DNA of 64,000 nucleotides, taken from assembly GCF_964355755.1 (NCBI RefSeq), contig NC_092670.1, positions 29,438,388 through 29,502,387 of the forward strand. The letters are read 5' to 3'. Below the pieces are notes generated by a model, which worked only from the letters and a program-made list of their open reading frames with translations, was not told where the DNA came from and searched no databases. Shown here piece by piece: positions 51,822 to 64,000 of the stretch. The number at the start of each line of letters is the position of its first letter. The stretch's first letter is position 1. This DNA is from Antedon mediterranea (Eukaryota; Animalia; Echinodermata). A program made the position numbers and the translations under genes.

Positions 51822-51915
51822 AAATCGTGATTTTCACTAGGACGTAACGCAATCACGAGGAGGATGATGATGAATCGTACGTCCTTGTGTTGTGTATCCT
51901 AGTGGAAACCAAGCT
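51822..51915. mobile_element. Internally deleted relative of the 44756 MITE
   Basis: cgtgattttcactaggacgtaacgcaa ... acgtccttgtgttgtgtatcctagtggaaaccaagct resembles both ends of 44756-44936. Confidence 0.55.
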
Positions 51916-52269
51916 CAAGTTTGCTTTGAAGAGAACTCATATAGAAATCAAGAAAGTCCGAATATTGAATATTACGTTCGATTTTAAAATATTTATAGCC
52001 TAAATAAATATATATCGTTTTAAATTAATTAATTAAATTTCGTTATCGGTTCAAATTAGTTAAATAAAATTTCAGTATCGCACATTTCTGGAATAGCAGT
52101 AGAGTGCACAGCGTCGCGATAAGCTAGGCATGCATGTATCTTCTCGGACTCGCGTCGCGGACAGCTGTAATTGGCTTTGGTACATGGCGGTTGATATTTT
52201 ATATAATAATATAAAATAATACAAATATTAAGATTTTATCAGTGATAGTCTATAACTTATTTGATTCAG

Positions 52270-52412
52270 TTTCAATAGAACGTCCAAGGGACTGCACAGA
52301 TCACCTCCTTAATGGAAAAACAAAGAGTGATGTGTATTTTATATACCCAGATGATTGTGGATCTCCATTTGAAGTGTTCTGTGACATGACAACAGATGGC
52401 GGAGGGTGGACA
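52270..52412 (+). CDS. FReD protein 2, exon 2
   Basis: RPRDCTDHLLNGKTKSDVYFIYP...FEVFCDMTTDGGGWT; acceptor cag at 52269 (in-frame alternative tag at 52278); |gtaagc. Confidence 0.9.
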
Positions 52413-53120
52413 GTAAGCATGAAACATTGAATATTATTTTAATGTAGGCCTATCTTACATTCAACATTCTTACATAATAAAAAAAGAACCATTTTAGAGT
52501 TCCAAAGTTTGATTCACACTATAGGGTGCAACGCAAATAAAAGTATAGATCACATAGGCCCACTATAGTACATCGCTACGGTATTGCTTCTGTGCGCAAT
52601 TAATTTTTTACATGTTTTAGTTGGGTGTCTAGAAAACTCAGATCTAGAAAACTCAGTTCTAGATCTAGAAAACTCAGATATCAAGATCTGACTTTTCTAG
52701 TTCCAAAATGGAACTAGAAAACCCAGATCATCAAATGGACCGTTCCATTATTATTAGAGGGTAGCATATTTGAAATACTACACAGTATTATACGTTTTCT
52801 TACTACTAATAATAATTATTATTTATAATGGTACAAGATTGTAAAATAAATAAATAAATAACAATTTGTTGAATAACTCATAACATTTGTGACGTTTTCT
52901 AAAATGATCATACCGCCATCTACAATTAAAAGAAATAACCTAAACATAACTTCATTTACATATCACTACGACACAAACAATATCTCACACGCAATTATTA
53001 TTCTGATCATATTTATTTATGTGATCTATAACTTCTTCTTACAATGAGTGTTGTTCCTTTTCCTTTTTTTTCAAATATCATAGCCAATTTTATATAACTC
53101 AGAGCTGTTTTGAAACTTAG

Positions 53121-53382
53121 ATTTTTCAGCGAAGGCAAGATGGTCAGGAAACATTCTACCGAGGTTTTGGGAGTTACCGTAGAGGTTTTGGTAATATATT
53201 TGGTGAATTTTGGCTAGGCTTGGACAAGATCAGACGATTAACAATACTAGATGAATACGAACTCCGTGTCGACTTGAAAGATTTTGACAGTAATACAGCA
53301 CATGCTAAATATGGCAGATTCCGTGTTGGTAGTCTTGAGGAAGATTTCAGATTATTCATTGACGAGTACTCTGGAACCGCAG
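53121..53382 (+). CDS. FReD protein 2, exon 3
   Basis: IFQRRQDGQETFYRGFGSYRRGFGNIFGEFWLGLDKIRRLT...YELRVDLKDF...YSGTA; tag|...g|gtaaac. Confidence 0.92.
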
Positions 53383-53906
53383 GTAAACAGTTAAGCGTGA
53401 TTCCCATCATGAAAGATATTCAATTTTTCTTTAGTGATTTGGGTATATGGCCTAGCTAGAACAGCAGTATCTTCCCCCCTCCCCCCCCCCCCCCCGTCTC
53501 GCGGTGGCCCTTCTGAATATCTTTGCCCTGGTGGTACAGCATAGGCCTAGCTTTCCAAGCTAGGGGCCCCAACGCTTTCGAAAATTCCACTTTTAAGTTA
53601 AATTTTAGCTGTATTTTTAAGGTTATGTACCTTATTTCTAGTGGTTCTCCGTAAACTGAAAAATGCCAACTTTATCGTCCTCAAAAAGTTAAGACGACAG
53701 AATTTCACGCTAACCTCCGCCCACTTAGATCAAAAGCTCATGCATACATTATTCATGTGGCTTTCCTGTCCTGTTTCGTAAAGTCCTTAATAATTCCTGG
53801 CGTGTTTGTAAATTTTAACTTTCAAAACCATGGATGAAACATTGTTCCTAATATTATTAAAATGCTAAAAGTTACGTTTATTTATAGCCTTTTGAATTAT
53901 GTTTTA

Positions 53907-54068
53907 AGCTCTGTCTAAACTATCAAACTTTATGTGACAAAAACATGTGATATGTCCATATATGAACATGATGATGTCATATCACTACTATATTTGGGCA
54001 TATCACTATTATATTATTTGGGCACATCATTTTGTTGTCAAAATTAGTTTGATAGTGTAGACAGAGCT
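53907..54068. mobile_element. Harbinger-type MITE
   Basis: TIR agctctgtctaaactatcaaact / agtttgatagtgtagacagagct; TTA TSD. Confidence 0.8.
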
Positions 54069-54904
54069 TTAAGCGTATTCACTAAATAAAAGGTTAATTA
54101 TTACGGTACTGTAGTACCTGGCTACTTCTTACGGCCAATCACCGGGCTCAATCGAAATCAAACGGTGGTGGTTCCTATTTTGAGATAGTCAGCTTCAACG
54201 AATGTGCACTGAGAAGACCTTTGTTTATTTTGTAACATTTTAGGTGGTCAATGCGATGAAGGCAAGATACATTTACCATGATCTCAGATTGAAACAAATC
54301 CTTCTCTGTCATTTATCCATGCTTCGATCCATCGAACCCAGCTTTTCACATTTGTACTTTCTGTACGAATGACGTCCTCCCATTCTTTTTCGAATAGTTT
54401 GTATTGTTACTGTTAAAATAAAAAATAATTGCGACGATACATATCCTACTACTGTCACTTCTGATCATGACATACATTTTAATAACCATAATAAAATGGG
54501 AATATTCGAATATTTATAGAATTATGAAATTGTATACATTTATTACGGTTTATCAAATTACAATTTATTCTAAACTTGAGACTATTGGACATTATTTTGT
54601 TATTTTTTCTGCTGGTAATTTACTTTTCATTAAACCACTGTCAAGGCATAGCACTGTATTCATTATATATGGGTTCAGTGCCCGTTATTTTCCCTAGAAA
54701 TAGTCTCCATAATTCCATTTATATTATACTGCAGTATGTATGCGGTTTTGTAGGATTACTTATAGATCGACATATTTTATTGCACTGTTAATGTTAAGCG
54801 TTTGCATATGTTTATTTTACAATTCATTTATGGTACAGTATATTAGGCCTAATATCTACATTCTATAGCCGCACAAATGTTGTTAGTGTTAATACCGTAA
54901 TAAT

Positions 54905-55120
54905 TGCTGTAGTCCGGTGGTTAGATCTAAATAATATACAGAAAGACCCTGATTCTATTATCGATATTGCTCAGTCCACCTTCAGTTGTAAATGAGTACC
55001 TGTTTGAAAAACACTAAAGAGAGTAAGGCTGTGTAAAAATAAACTGTACAGGCTACCCCATAATACTGAGGCTTAGTGGGCCTACACCGAGCTCATAACA
55101 GAGTGAATAATGGGACAAGA
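54905..55120 (+). mobile_element. Degenerate tRNA-derived SINE
   Basis: A-box-like tagtccggtggttag, then ctcagtccacc...gtaaatgagtacctg resembling conserved metazoan SINE central domains. Confidence 0.45.
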
Positions 55121-55257
55121 AAGAAGGAAAATAGAAGAATTCGTTATAGATAACAATAATATGCATATCATTTTGATATTTAATTGAACTATCCCTCTCA
55201 TCACAAATTAAACTGAACACGACTTTTATTGTGTTTATTTCCAATATACTTGTCTAG

Positions 55258-55508
55258 GTGATGCTATGATTCTTCATAATCATCAACGTTTCAGTACCTT
55301 CGACCGTGACAACGATGCCTGGACTGGTCACTGTGCAGAAGAATACAGTGGAGCTTGGTGGTATGAATCGTGTCATTTCACAAACTTAAATGGAGTTTAT
55401 TTAAACGCGCCCGGTAGTGAATATGCCAAAGGTGTTGTGTGGCGACAGTGGAGGGGATATGAGTATTCTCTCAAGTTTGTTGAAATGAAGATAAGACGGA
55501 AAAATTGA
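55258..55508 (+). CDS. FReD protein 2, exon 4 (last)
   Basis: GDAMILHNHQRFSTFDRDND...HCA...GAWWYESCHFTNLNG...GVVWRQWRGYEYSLKFVEMKIRRKN*; spliced product ~329 aa. Confidence 0.93.
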
Positions 55509-55642
55509 TTAAAATCTAAACATTAGGGTCTAATACAATAATTTACTCCCTGTGTGCTACTTTGGACATCATGCATAATTCACCTTTGCTTTTGCTTTAT
55601 ATTTCTATGATATATTTTTATTAAGCTTGATCTCACTTTATA

Positions 55643-55757
<115 letters not shown>

Positions 55758-56789
55758 CATTTTTTGTAATTGTAATGCGTCCGTCTATGTTTTATGTTTT
55801 ATGCTCAGGGACTACAAAGACAAGCCACTGTGGCTTCTGTGTGTCTTGACCATAAACTATCAACTATCTGTTGATGTTGAATAAATGTTGTTTTGATGAA
55901 GGATAAAAAACACACACAAAAAACACCCCTTTGATAATAATCTGCTGTGCTCTAATGGCTTTTAAACGGGCAATACATTAACAGAACACGTAATGTTCTG
56001 TTTGGAACTTTATTTTTTTCTCTATTGGGAGACGATCACATTGATGTTTACACTTACTGAAATCACAATGGAATCAGGTATTTACGGCCACAATGAAATG
56101 TTACATAAATATTGTTTCAGGGAGAGAATGTTATTCTTTAATCATTCATTTAGAATCTATTTAGGCATATTGCCAATATATTATTGCTAATCATTGTCAT
56201 TCTCAAGAGTTCCGTTCTTCACAAAAAACGTGTCGTGAGACATCCTGAAATCTGACAGGATTTGAACGCAGAGAACTCTGTGATCGGTAACCGACCAACT
56301 TATCCAGACATTAAAGCTGTTTTCACATCTCGACCGAATTCGGTTTGGCGGCGCCATGTGAAAAATATCTCGAGCGTTGAGTGGTTTTCACATCGAGCGT
56401 ACGAATGCGGTTATCCGTTGTCATGTGAGTTCATTTTTGCTCACTGGTGATTGGACACTAAGGAAACTTACTTCTAAACCCATTTCCCATGCTGTTGTAA
56501 TACAGTATTAAATAGGTATACACAAACATTATGGGTGACACATTGATATGTGTACGACACTCGTGGAGAGTAACTCACTGAGAACGTTTAAAACCAATCT
56601 TGAAACACACTGAAAAACCCACAACCTTGGGTTTGAGCCATAACCAGATTTTCAAAGAGGGACTCACAAACCTTAACAGGTTTATAGTCTAAAGGTCAAG
56701 GTAAATCAAGGTAAAGTTATCTGAATTTCCCTCGATACACGTAAACTTACCGAGACTTACGGTTCCGGTATTTTAACGGTAGGCCCTTT

Positions 56790-57167
56790 GAGCCGTGGAA
56801 TGTGCAAAAAGTCATATTTGTGCAAACAACAACGACTACTGTCCAAACATGTTACCCTTAAATGTGCAAACAAACATTAGTGCAAACATGGCATCCGCAA
56901 ATCTGTAAACATTCGTAATTCCCTAATGTGCAAACATCACACCGTAAAAACATATTATCTCCCGGATATTTAGAATTAGGTTATAAATGATTTTGGTTAG
57001 AAATTTGTAAAATTTATTTTGCACATTTATAATCAAAACTGATCGTTTTTATATTTATTATTTATTATGAATTTATATAGATTTGCACATTTGAGGATGC
57101 CATGTTTGCAAAGATGTGGTTGTTTGCACAACTAGGACTATATGACTTTTTGCACATTTCACGCCTC
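56790..57167. mobile_element. MITE with long imperfect TIRs
   Basis: gagccgtggaatgtgcaaaaagtcatat / atatgactttttgcacatttcacgcctc; internal tgtgcaaa repeats in inverted orientation in the two halves; no TSD seen. Confidence 0.7.
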
Positions 57168-59989
57168 GACAACCTTGCTGCAACTTTGACGTTGTAGATA
57201 CAGGAGACGGCAACTTAACAGATACTTAGTAACTGCTTTGGATCGTGGAAGTATCTTCGTCTACCGACCTAAAACGGAAACTTGCTATCACTATTATTAT
57301 CACTAAATATAAATCTTTGTTATAAAAAAGCATACTTTTCAAATAGTTATGATTGTCAGTATAATAATTGAAAAACAGGTTCTCTAAAATAATTGTGTAG
57401 GGGCCTAATTATGCGAGAGAATCAACAATATAATTATAACTATATTAAAACCTAAACAAAATTGTAAACAAATCTAAAATTCAGTCGGCGAAAACGAACT
57501 ACTGGTACATTTTAATTTTGTTTCAGGTGTATTTTGTTGTTATAGACATTCATTATAATAGAAGGTACTGTAATAAGATTAGCTTATTCTCGACTATATA
57601 TCAATCTTGTCGCCGTATATTCCTGTCCAGATTATATGTTCCTAATACATTTTAATCTGGAGCGTTTACATTTCAAAATCTAGTCTATATTATTCCCATT
57701 AAAACTGTACGTTGTACTTCTTCAATGCTATCGAAGGTTCACAAACGCTTTTAATTGAGGAAAAGGCGTGTTTGGTTCAACATTGTTGCATTTTCTGATG
57801 TGAAATGTCTTATTTGCATATGTGTGTTAGTTTCCTTAAACAAGCACGAATGTGCGATACTCGGGGTACAGCAAAAGAAGCTGTAATGGCGTCATAAGAC
57901 GGGATGTAACGTCACATACACATCAATAACCTCGCTACCAAATACGACTATTCCGAAAAGTTACGTCACATAACACTTCTTGTCCTATCTTGGGAGCTGA
58001 AATTGCCTATTGTCCTATTCAGTGTGACCAGTAGGTTATGTGATCGGCTGCCGCAGAAGTCGTCTATTATGTGCGCTAACTTTGATTGTATTCTATGATT
58101 TGTAAGTGTATGCTGCAGTCACAGACAAGGTTCTGATTCACTTATGGTTGTCATATGATAATTGATAGTAAAAAGACAAAAAAAATGAAACTATAAAGTC
58201 AGTTTGGAGCGAAATGGATCAAGTCACATCTACATTTGTTTTTGCTATTTCCGGGAGCAGAAGTGACCTCACAATATCATAAATATGTTTTACTGTATAT
58301 ATTCTTATTCACCAAGTCAAGACCTTTAAAATGACACCAAACACGGCTATATTACGACGAAAATCGTTTGGCACCAAGGTACCATCTTCGAGACGTCATA
58401 TGGCTGCATCCGGTTTGAAATAAAAAATTCCGGCTCTATAGCTTTGAGGACATGTCCCTGTAGTATATCCATGCCAAATCACAGCTCCAACGAATAAGGG
58501 AGGAGTAGTACTTTGTAAGTCGCATTTTTTTCGATTGGTACCATGTTTATGACGTCATAATTCTGCATCCGGTTGAAGTGCGAAAATGTTCATATCACAT
58601 ATTAACCTAGTATATGCATGCCATGTTTCAGAGCCGTCAAACGTCGCGTAAAGAACTAGTAGGACTTGAAAGCTGGCTCAATAGTGTCCAGATGGAAGAG
58701 AAGATTAAAGAGTCCTAGACTCGGGGTGTAAAAAGAACATAATATATGTTTTGTTTTTGTACGTGTATTTAAAATTGTAGGCCTATTTCAATTAGTTAGT
58801 TTAAAGGCCATTTATACGTGGACGATAACGATCGACTGTAGATAAATATAATAAGAACGTTTTCATTACAAAACTATAATATAACCAGTTATTCTGCTCG
58901 TTCAATCAAATGACGTCAGGATTATTAAAAACAATAATAATAATATCTTGATGATTATTGATCATGTGTGTAGGGTCCTTTACGGGTTTTTTTGGCCGAT
59001 AATCAGACACGTAAAAATGGTTCAAATACGCATGACTGTGATATAGAAATCCATGATGTCGTCAACAAAATTGACAAAAGTTGCCAAACCGAACTCCACG
59101 TATGCAAATAGTACCTTAACATGACGCTAAAGGCATCATAGGAAAATAATTAAAACTTGAGACTTTATTATTAAACTGATCAATTTATTAGTAGTTTTTC
59201 ACAGAAAGAAAAAAAAACTATCCTATTAAATAAATAATTTAAACACGAATATATATATATATAATATAAGAAATGCACATTGTGGGCTTTTTAAGGTCGT
59301 TATATGCTTCCTGAAAATGAAATTACGTAGCATACCCTTATTGTATTGTAGCGTAATTACGTTAACAAACATTGTATTCTTGTGAACAGTTGATTTACCA
59401 ATTTATTTATATTACTGTATTATTGTAACATTTCCTTATGATTTCATCTTGTTTGTCTGTTTAAAACACATATTTAATCGAGCGTTTGCCTAAATTACAT
59501 GTACGGTCCATGGCTATTGCGCATAAAGTATACTTACCGGCTTGCGACAAATTTTTTTTTTATTTGTTACATAATTGTCACATTCTTCTGTGAAAATATT
59601 ATTTTAACAAAAACTATTTAATTTAAAGTTTCTTTTGGCAATAAATGTCAATATAATGTAAACAATATGTTTTAATAGTTCATGTCAAGTGACTAATGAT
59701 AAAGAAAGGCTTAATACTATTGGTCTGATTTTGTAGATTGGTGTTCCATACTTCATAACATAATAATACGTCTAGAAAGTGTATCATCATTGGCTTGATA
59801 TGATTAGACCTATGTTAAGAAATGAATGTTTTAAGAAAGAATACGCCAAGAAACATGTTAAGAAATGAATATATTTTAGTAATAAAAGAAAAAATATTAG
59901 TAGTAAGTAAGTAATTCGATGAATGTTTTTAACATTTGCCTCACTATGAGGAAGGTGTATCTGTGGAGCATTCGTATGTCTTTTTCTCT

Positions 59990-60520
59990 TCTTATACTGC
60001 AAAAGTTTCTGTACGCCATGTTTGAATATGTTTTTCCATTGTCCAGACAATTTCTCCAGGTACAGCGATCAGTTGTGAGATTTTCACAGGAAGCGATTAG
60101 AATCTGGAAAGAATCCAATTTCAAAATATCTTTGTAGCGTAATTTTGTTCGTCCGCGTGGGCGATTACCACTCCATTTAGAATGTGTTGGGATGACGGTC
60201 ATCCTGTTGCCTACAAACATGCCCTGTGCAGCGGAGACGGTGCGGTATTAGCAGAGTGTGCAATTTCCAATTTTAGTATTTGGTATGTTTTGGTCCCATG
60301 TTATATGAAGAACAGAGCGAAGGAAGCGAAAGTGGAATGCATTAAGTTTGTGTTTGATTTTCCGGTGAGTTGTCCACGTTTCACTGCAATACAACAGTAG
60401 ATCTTCATTTTAAGATTCACATTGAGATTGTTGTTGTTCCAGACTCTGCAGCAGAGTTATCCAAAAGTCGTATCAGTGATTTTCTTATTATATTTCAACA
60501 GTTCTGCATACAATGTAGTT
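59990..60520 (-). mobile_element. RTE-clade LINE 3' fragment
   Basis: FG*LCCRVWNNNNL, RLRCTGHVCRQQDDRHP, GNRPRGRTKLRYKDILK, DRCTWR motifs, frameshifted. Confidence 0.75.
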
Positions 60521-62247
60521 TGAATGTGAAATACATTTCTTTTTCCCTTCAGTTATTTTAACAAATTCAACGTTTGAAAGTTCATTTGATAGTTACAGTA
60601 AAATAAAAGTGTTTACCTAATTTCCAAACTATTTTCTAAAATAGATAATTAAATGTTTTTTTTATTTATTATTGAAAATATTGTCTGATATTGAGATTGT
60701 ATGAGTGAATGATCTTCTGAAATAAAGTATGAATTGAAGCATTTTTATAGAATCTAAACTGGTATATCTCTCATTGTCAGGAAGGCTTTTAAAATGTGAG
60801 TCCTGCTCAAAATATCTGGTTACAGTATAAGCATACGTATTCAGGAATAGCTTCATCCTGTCGTTATAATAATATATTTCTTCTGAGAATAAGGTAGATT
60901 GGAAAACAGGCACTCTCGTTGGTAAAATTGTATCTGAACCTGTAAACAAATAAAATGTTTTTGTTATTTGATTTGGTTAGTGGTCATTTTTACCATGACT
61001 GCTCACAGTAGGCCTATAAACCCCATAATCAGGTTAAAATTACTATTTAGAAATTATGTAAGTAAAGAAAACAATTTATTTATTTTTAAGTTTTCAGTTG
61101 CAGGTATGTCTTTAGGCACACATGACCAAGAATTACCAAAAATAAATTAATCAATGTCCAGATACAGCGGTTATTTTGTGATGTTGAACCTGTTCACTGG
61201 AGTAACCCCTACTCGTCTCGAATGATGAACTGGATTCTTTAAAGTACACAGGAGCAATCTGTGTACACTGGATCTACAGTTTATAGTCCGAACCCAAGCC
61301 GATATTGTTTGCTCTTTAGGTAGGTAAACGGCGCATTTACCGTACCTCTCTGTCATTTTACTCGCTTCGTGCAAGTGTCAAACTATCGAACCGATCCGAA
61401 ATACTGAATTGCGAAATTCCTTTATAGAAAATAATTTAGAAAATGTATACTCTAATGAGATTGAGTATACTTCACTTCTTGCATATGCACACTTTAACTT
61501 TAGGAGAATAAGTACCATTAATTTACGGTTGGTCTGCTTTTAAACGATTTCTAATAACACACGACTCTTAATAACGCCCCTGGTTTGATACATATATTGA
61601 TTTCAAGTGCGCCTAATATGTATTTATGTTGTTATTGTTCTTATAGATGGCACTCATTTAAGACTTATATGGATTAGACGTAATTCTAGATTTTAAGACA
61701 TACAATACCTCAGATGTCATTACACTCCCAATTTATATTGTGACGGTTCGATCACGAGTTTATTAGTAAGTGTTATTGTAGATGCAATGACGTCATTTTT
61801 TTATGCGCGTTATAATCGGTTAAGATACGCATCCACACATGACTCGTAAACAAAGAAGCCTTAAATACTCTACCGCCTAATCACATTGTTTCTATTTAAT
61901 TACCAATAATACTGTATTAACAGCAAGTAGTGATTTAACGTAAAGTCCAGTGAAGTTTTGGGGGTTGGTAGTATTTGTAAATTTGTAATCATTTCGAATA
62001 GATAATTCAGAAAAACCTACATTTTTACTGGCATTGCAAAAAGAGAGAAGACATAAAAATAAGTTTTCAAACAGACATCATCGTACTATATGCCCTAATG
62101 ACGACGTTAACCCGAATGTCAAATACAAAAAAAATTACGAGTTGTTATTGATTATGTTGTTATTGATTAGCTCCACTTATGATTGGCACTGAAATTCCAA
62201 GTTAAATAGAGTTTTCATTGCATTAGTTAGTTTTATTATGTAATAAT

Positions 62248-62640
62248 ACCAAGGAGGTATACGTAATCGATCGTGTGTCTGACTATGTATTGTATAGTAG
62301 TTGCTTTGTTTGTATGTAGGCCTATGTTTGTCTGTTAGCACGATAGCGCCTACAATTTTCAAGTTATTATTATTTTTCGGTATAGGTAGGATATACTTTG
62401 AGACCATGCCTATTGAAATTCAAGAAAATTGGTTGATTAATAACTTCACAAATAACAAAACTTATATTATTTTCAGACCGACTAGTGTTAAAAGATAGGA
62501 CACGATTTTGAGGTACAGGTTTTTTTTTATACGAGTAGTTTTAAAAAACATATTTCTTTTCAAATTCACCCGCTTGTATTTCGCATTGTTGTTCTATTGT
62601 TAATTAAATAAAACTACTACTAGTTTTTTTAAGTACCAGC
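62248..62640 (+). mobile_element. Truncated mosaic HINE-like element
   Basis: ccaaggaggtatacgtaatcg matches the head of 13504-15790; following body matches the reverse complement of 15255-15665 with deletions. Confidence 0.65.
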
Positions 62641-62765
62641 AATTTTTGACATTTACCAAACTATTAGTTGACTGCTGTTAAGCTTACTCCATGAGTTAAG
62701 GCAGTGACGCCGCAATTCGGCACAGCTTCTTGATTTCAGAAAGGACATTGTTGCAATCCCGAAAT

Positions 62766-64000
62766 AGATACAAGATACAAGATAACTTTATTGTCAAAAT
62801 TGTTAAAAATTTCGAGATATGTTTTGTACCTGAGTAGAATAAATAATACGATGTGATAACTATATAAATAAATACAAATGATACAAGTGACTATCTTGAA
62901 AAGTTTTTGTTAAATAAATTGCATGCTATGTACATTGGTGAAAATCTGAAACGGTTTGTGGATATTTTTTCCTGTGTCAGTCTAACACTTCCTGATCTAC
63001 TTATAATGATGTCTGAATGTAATGGGTGTGATGGGTCTTGCATAATTGTGTCAAATTTCTTAAGTATGAATGTATTAAACATTTCATCTAAAGATTTCAC
63101 TTCTACACCGATAACTCTGCTGGCCTTGTTTACTAATCTCTGAATTTGACTTTTACTATTTACATTGATATGAGACAACCAAACAATAAGAAATGATTGA
63201 TTGAACAACAGAGGAATAAAACATATGAATGAGATGAGAACTAACATTAAACCGTTTCATTTTGTATATAAAGTACATTCTCTTATTAGCCTTGGTACGG
63301 AGTTCTTTAGTGTTGCTCTCCCAATTTAGTTTATTATCAATTATTAATCCCAAGTACTTATGACTTTCTACTATTTCAACAATTTCATTATCGATTTCAA
63401 TATTCACATGATTAGTTTTATTTTTCCTCTAATAACCTCTTTAGTTTTTTTGGCATTTAGTTCAAGAAAATTTTGTTTACACCAGACTACAAAATGTTCA
63501 ACATATTCATTAAACAGGGATGTATTATTATTTGAAATTAAACCAACTAGGCAAGTATCATCTGCAAACTTAACATTAAATGATTTACTTGGGTCAATAT
63601 CAATATTAAAATCAGAATATAATGAAAAAAGTAAGGGTGAGAGAACGCATCCCTGTGGTGCACCTGTATTACAAGTTAACTGCTTAGATACGCTACCCCT
63701 AAACTTAACAATCTGTGTTCTTTCATTTAAGAAATCAGAAATCCAGAGATTTAATCGTGGATTTATTCCTAACTTTAATAATTTATCTGTAAGTAAATGA
63801 GGCTGAATTGTATTGAATGCTGCAGAAAAATCTAAAAATAATATTCTAGCATAGTTATTTGGATATTCAAGATGACCATACACCTTTTGCGTGAGCGTCA
63901 TAACTGCGTCAACTACGCCCCTTTTTTCCCTATAAGCAAATTGGTTGCTATCAATCATACCCTTTGTTTCATTATTTAATATATTTTAAATAATTTTCTC
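62766..64000 (-). mobile_element. Rex1/Babar-clade LINE (RT, frameshifted; runs off window)
   Basis: QFAYREKRGVVDA, ARILFLDFSAAFNTIQPH, TGAPQGCVLSPLLFSLY, KFADDTCLVGLI, LNAKKTKE, KYLGLIIDNKLNW, DPSHPLH; aataaa + (tcttgta)n tail at 62766-62792. Confidence 0.9.

Noticed and set aside
58180-58740. Possible additional HINE-like element
   Set aside because: Composition is suggestive but matching subterminal repeats and hairpin could not be identified.
63360-63800. Plus-strand 146-aa ORF
   Set aside because: Antisense of the Rex1/Babar RT.

Overview
AT-rich eukaryotic (invertebrate animal, plausibly echinoderm; taxon is inference) genomic window with GT-AG spliced genes and dense transposon content. 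Genes: first coding exon of MED24 (- strand, rest of gene lies left of the window), head-to-head with a complete 7-exon TTC19 (+, 4538-35393, ~442 aa); an intronless ARSB/ARSI/ARSJ-type arylsulfatase (-, 43621-40034) with an N-terminal membrane anchor and a ~635-aa Lys-rich repetitive C-terminal tail; and, head-to-head with it, two tandem 4-exon secreted fibrinogen-related-domain (FReD) genes (+, 44047-49083 and 51034-55508). Introns and intergenic DNA hold a 5'-truncated CR1-group LINE, Rex1/Babar, RTE, Proto2-like and L2/Crack LINE fragments, many MITEs (MULE-, Sola-, Tc2/pogo-, Harbinger-type by TIR/TSD), non-autonomous Helitron pieces, two nested pairs of Helentron-associated (HINE/DINE-like) elements, and an inverted Penelope-like pseudo-LTR with a degenerate hammerhead-type motif. 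Best candidates for novelty: the membrane-anchored polycationic-tail sulfatase and its shared promoter with the FReD genes. All calls were made by eye; no database searches were run.
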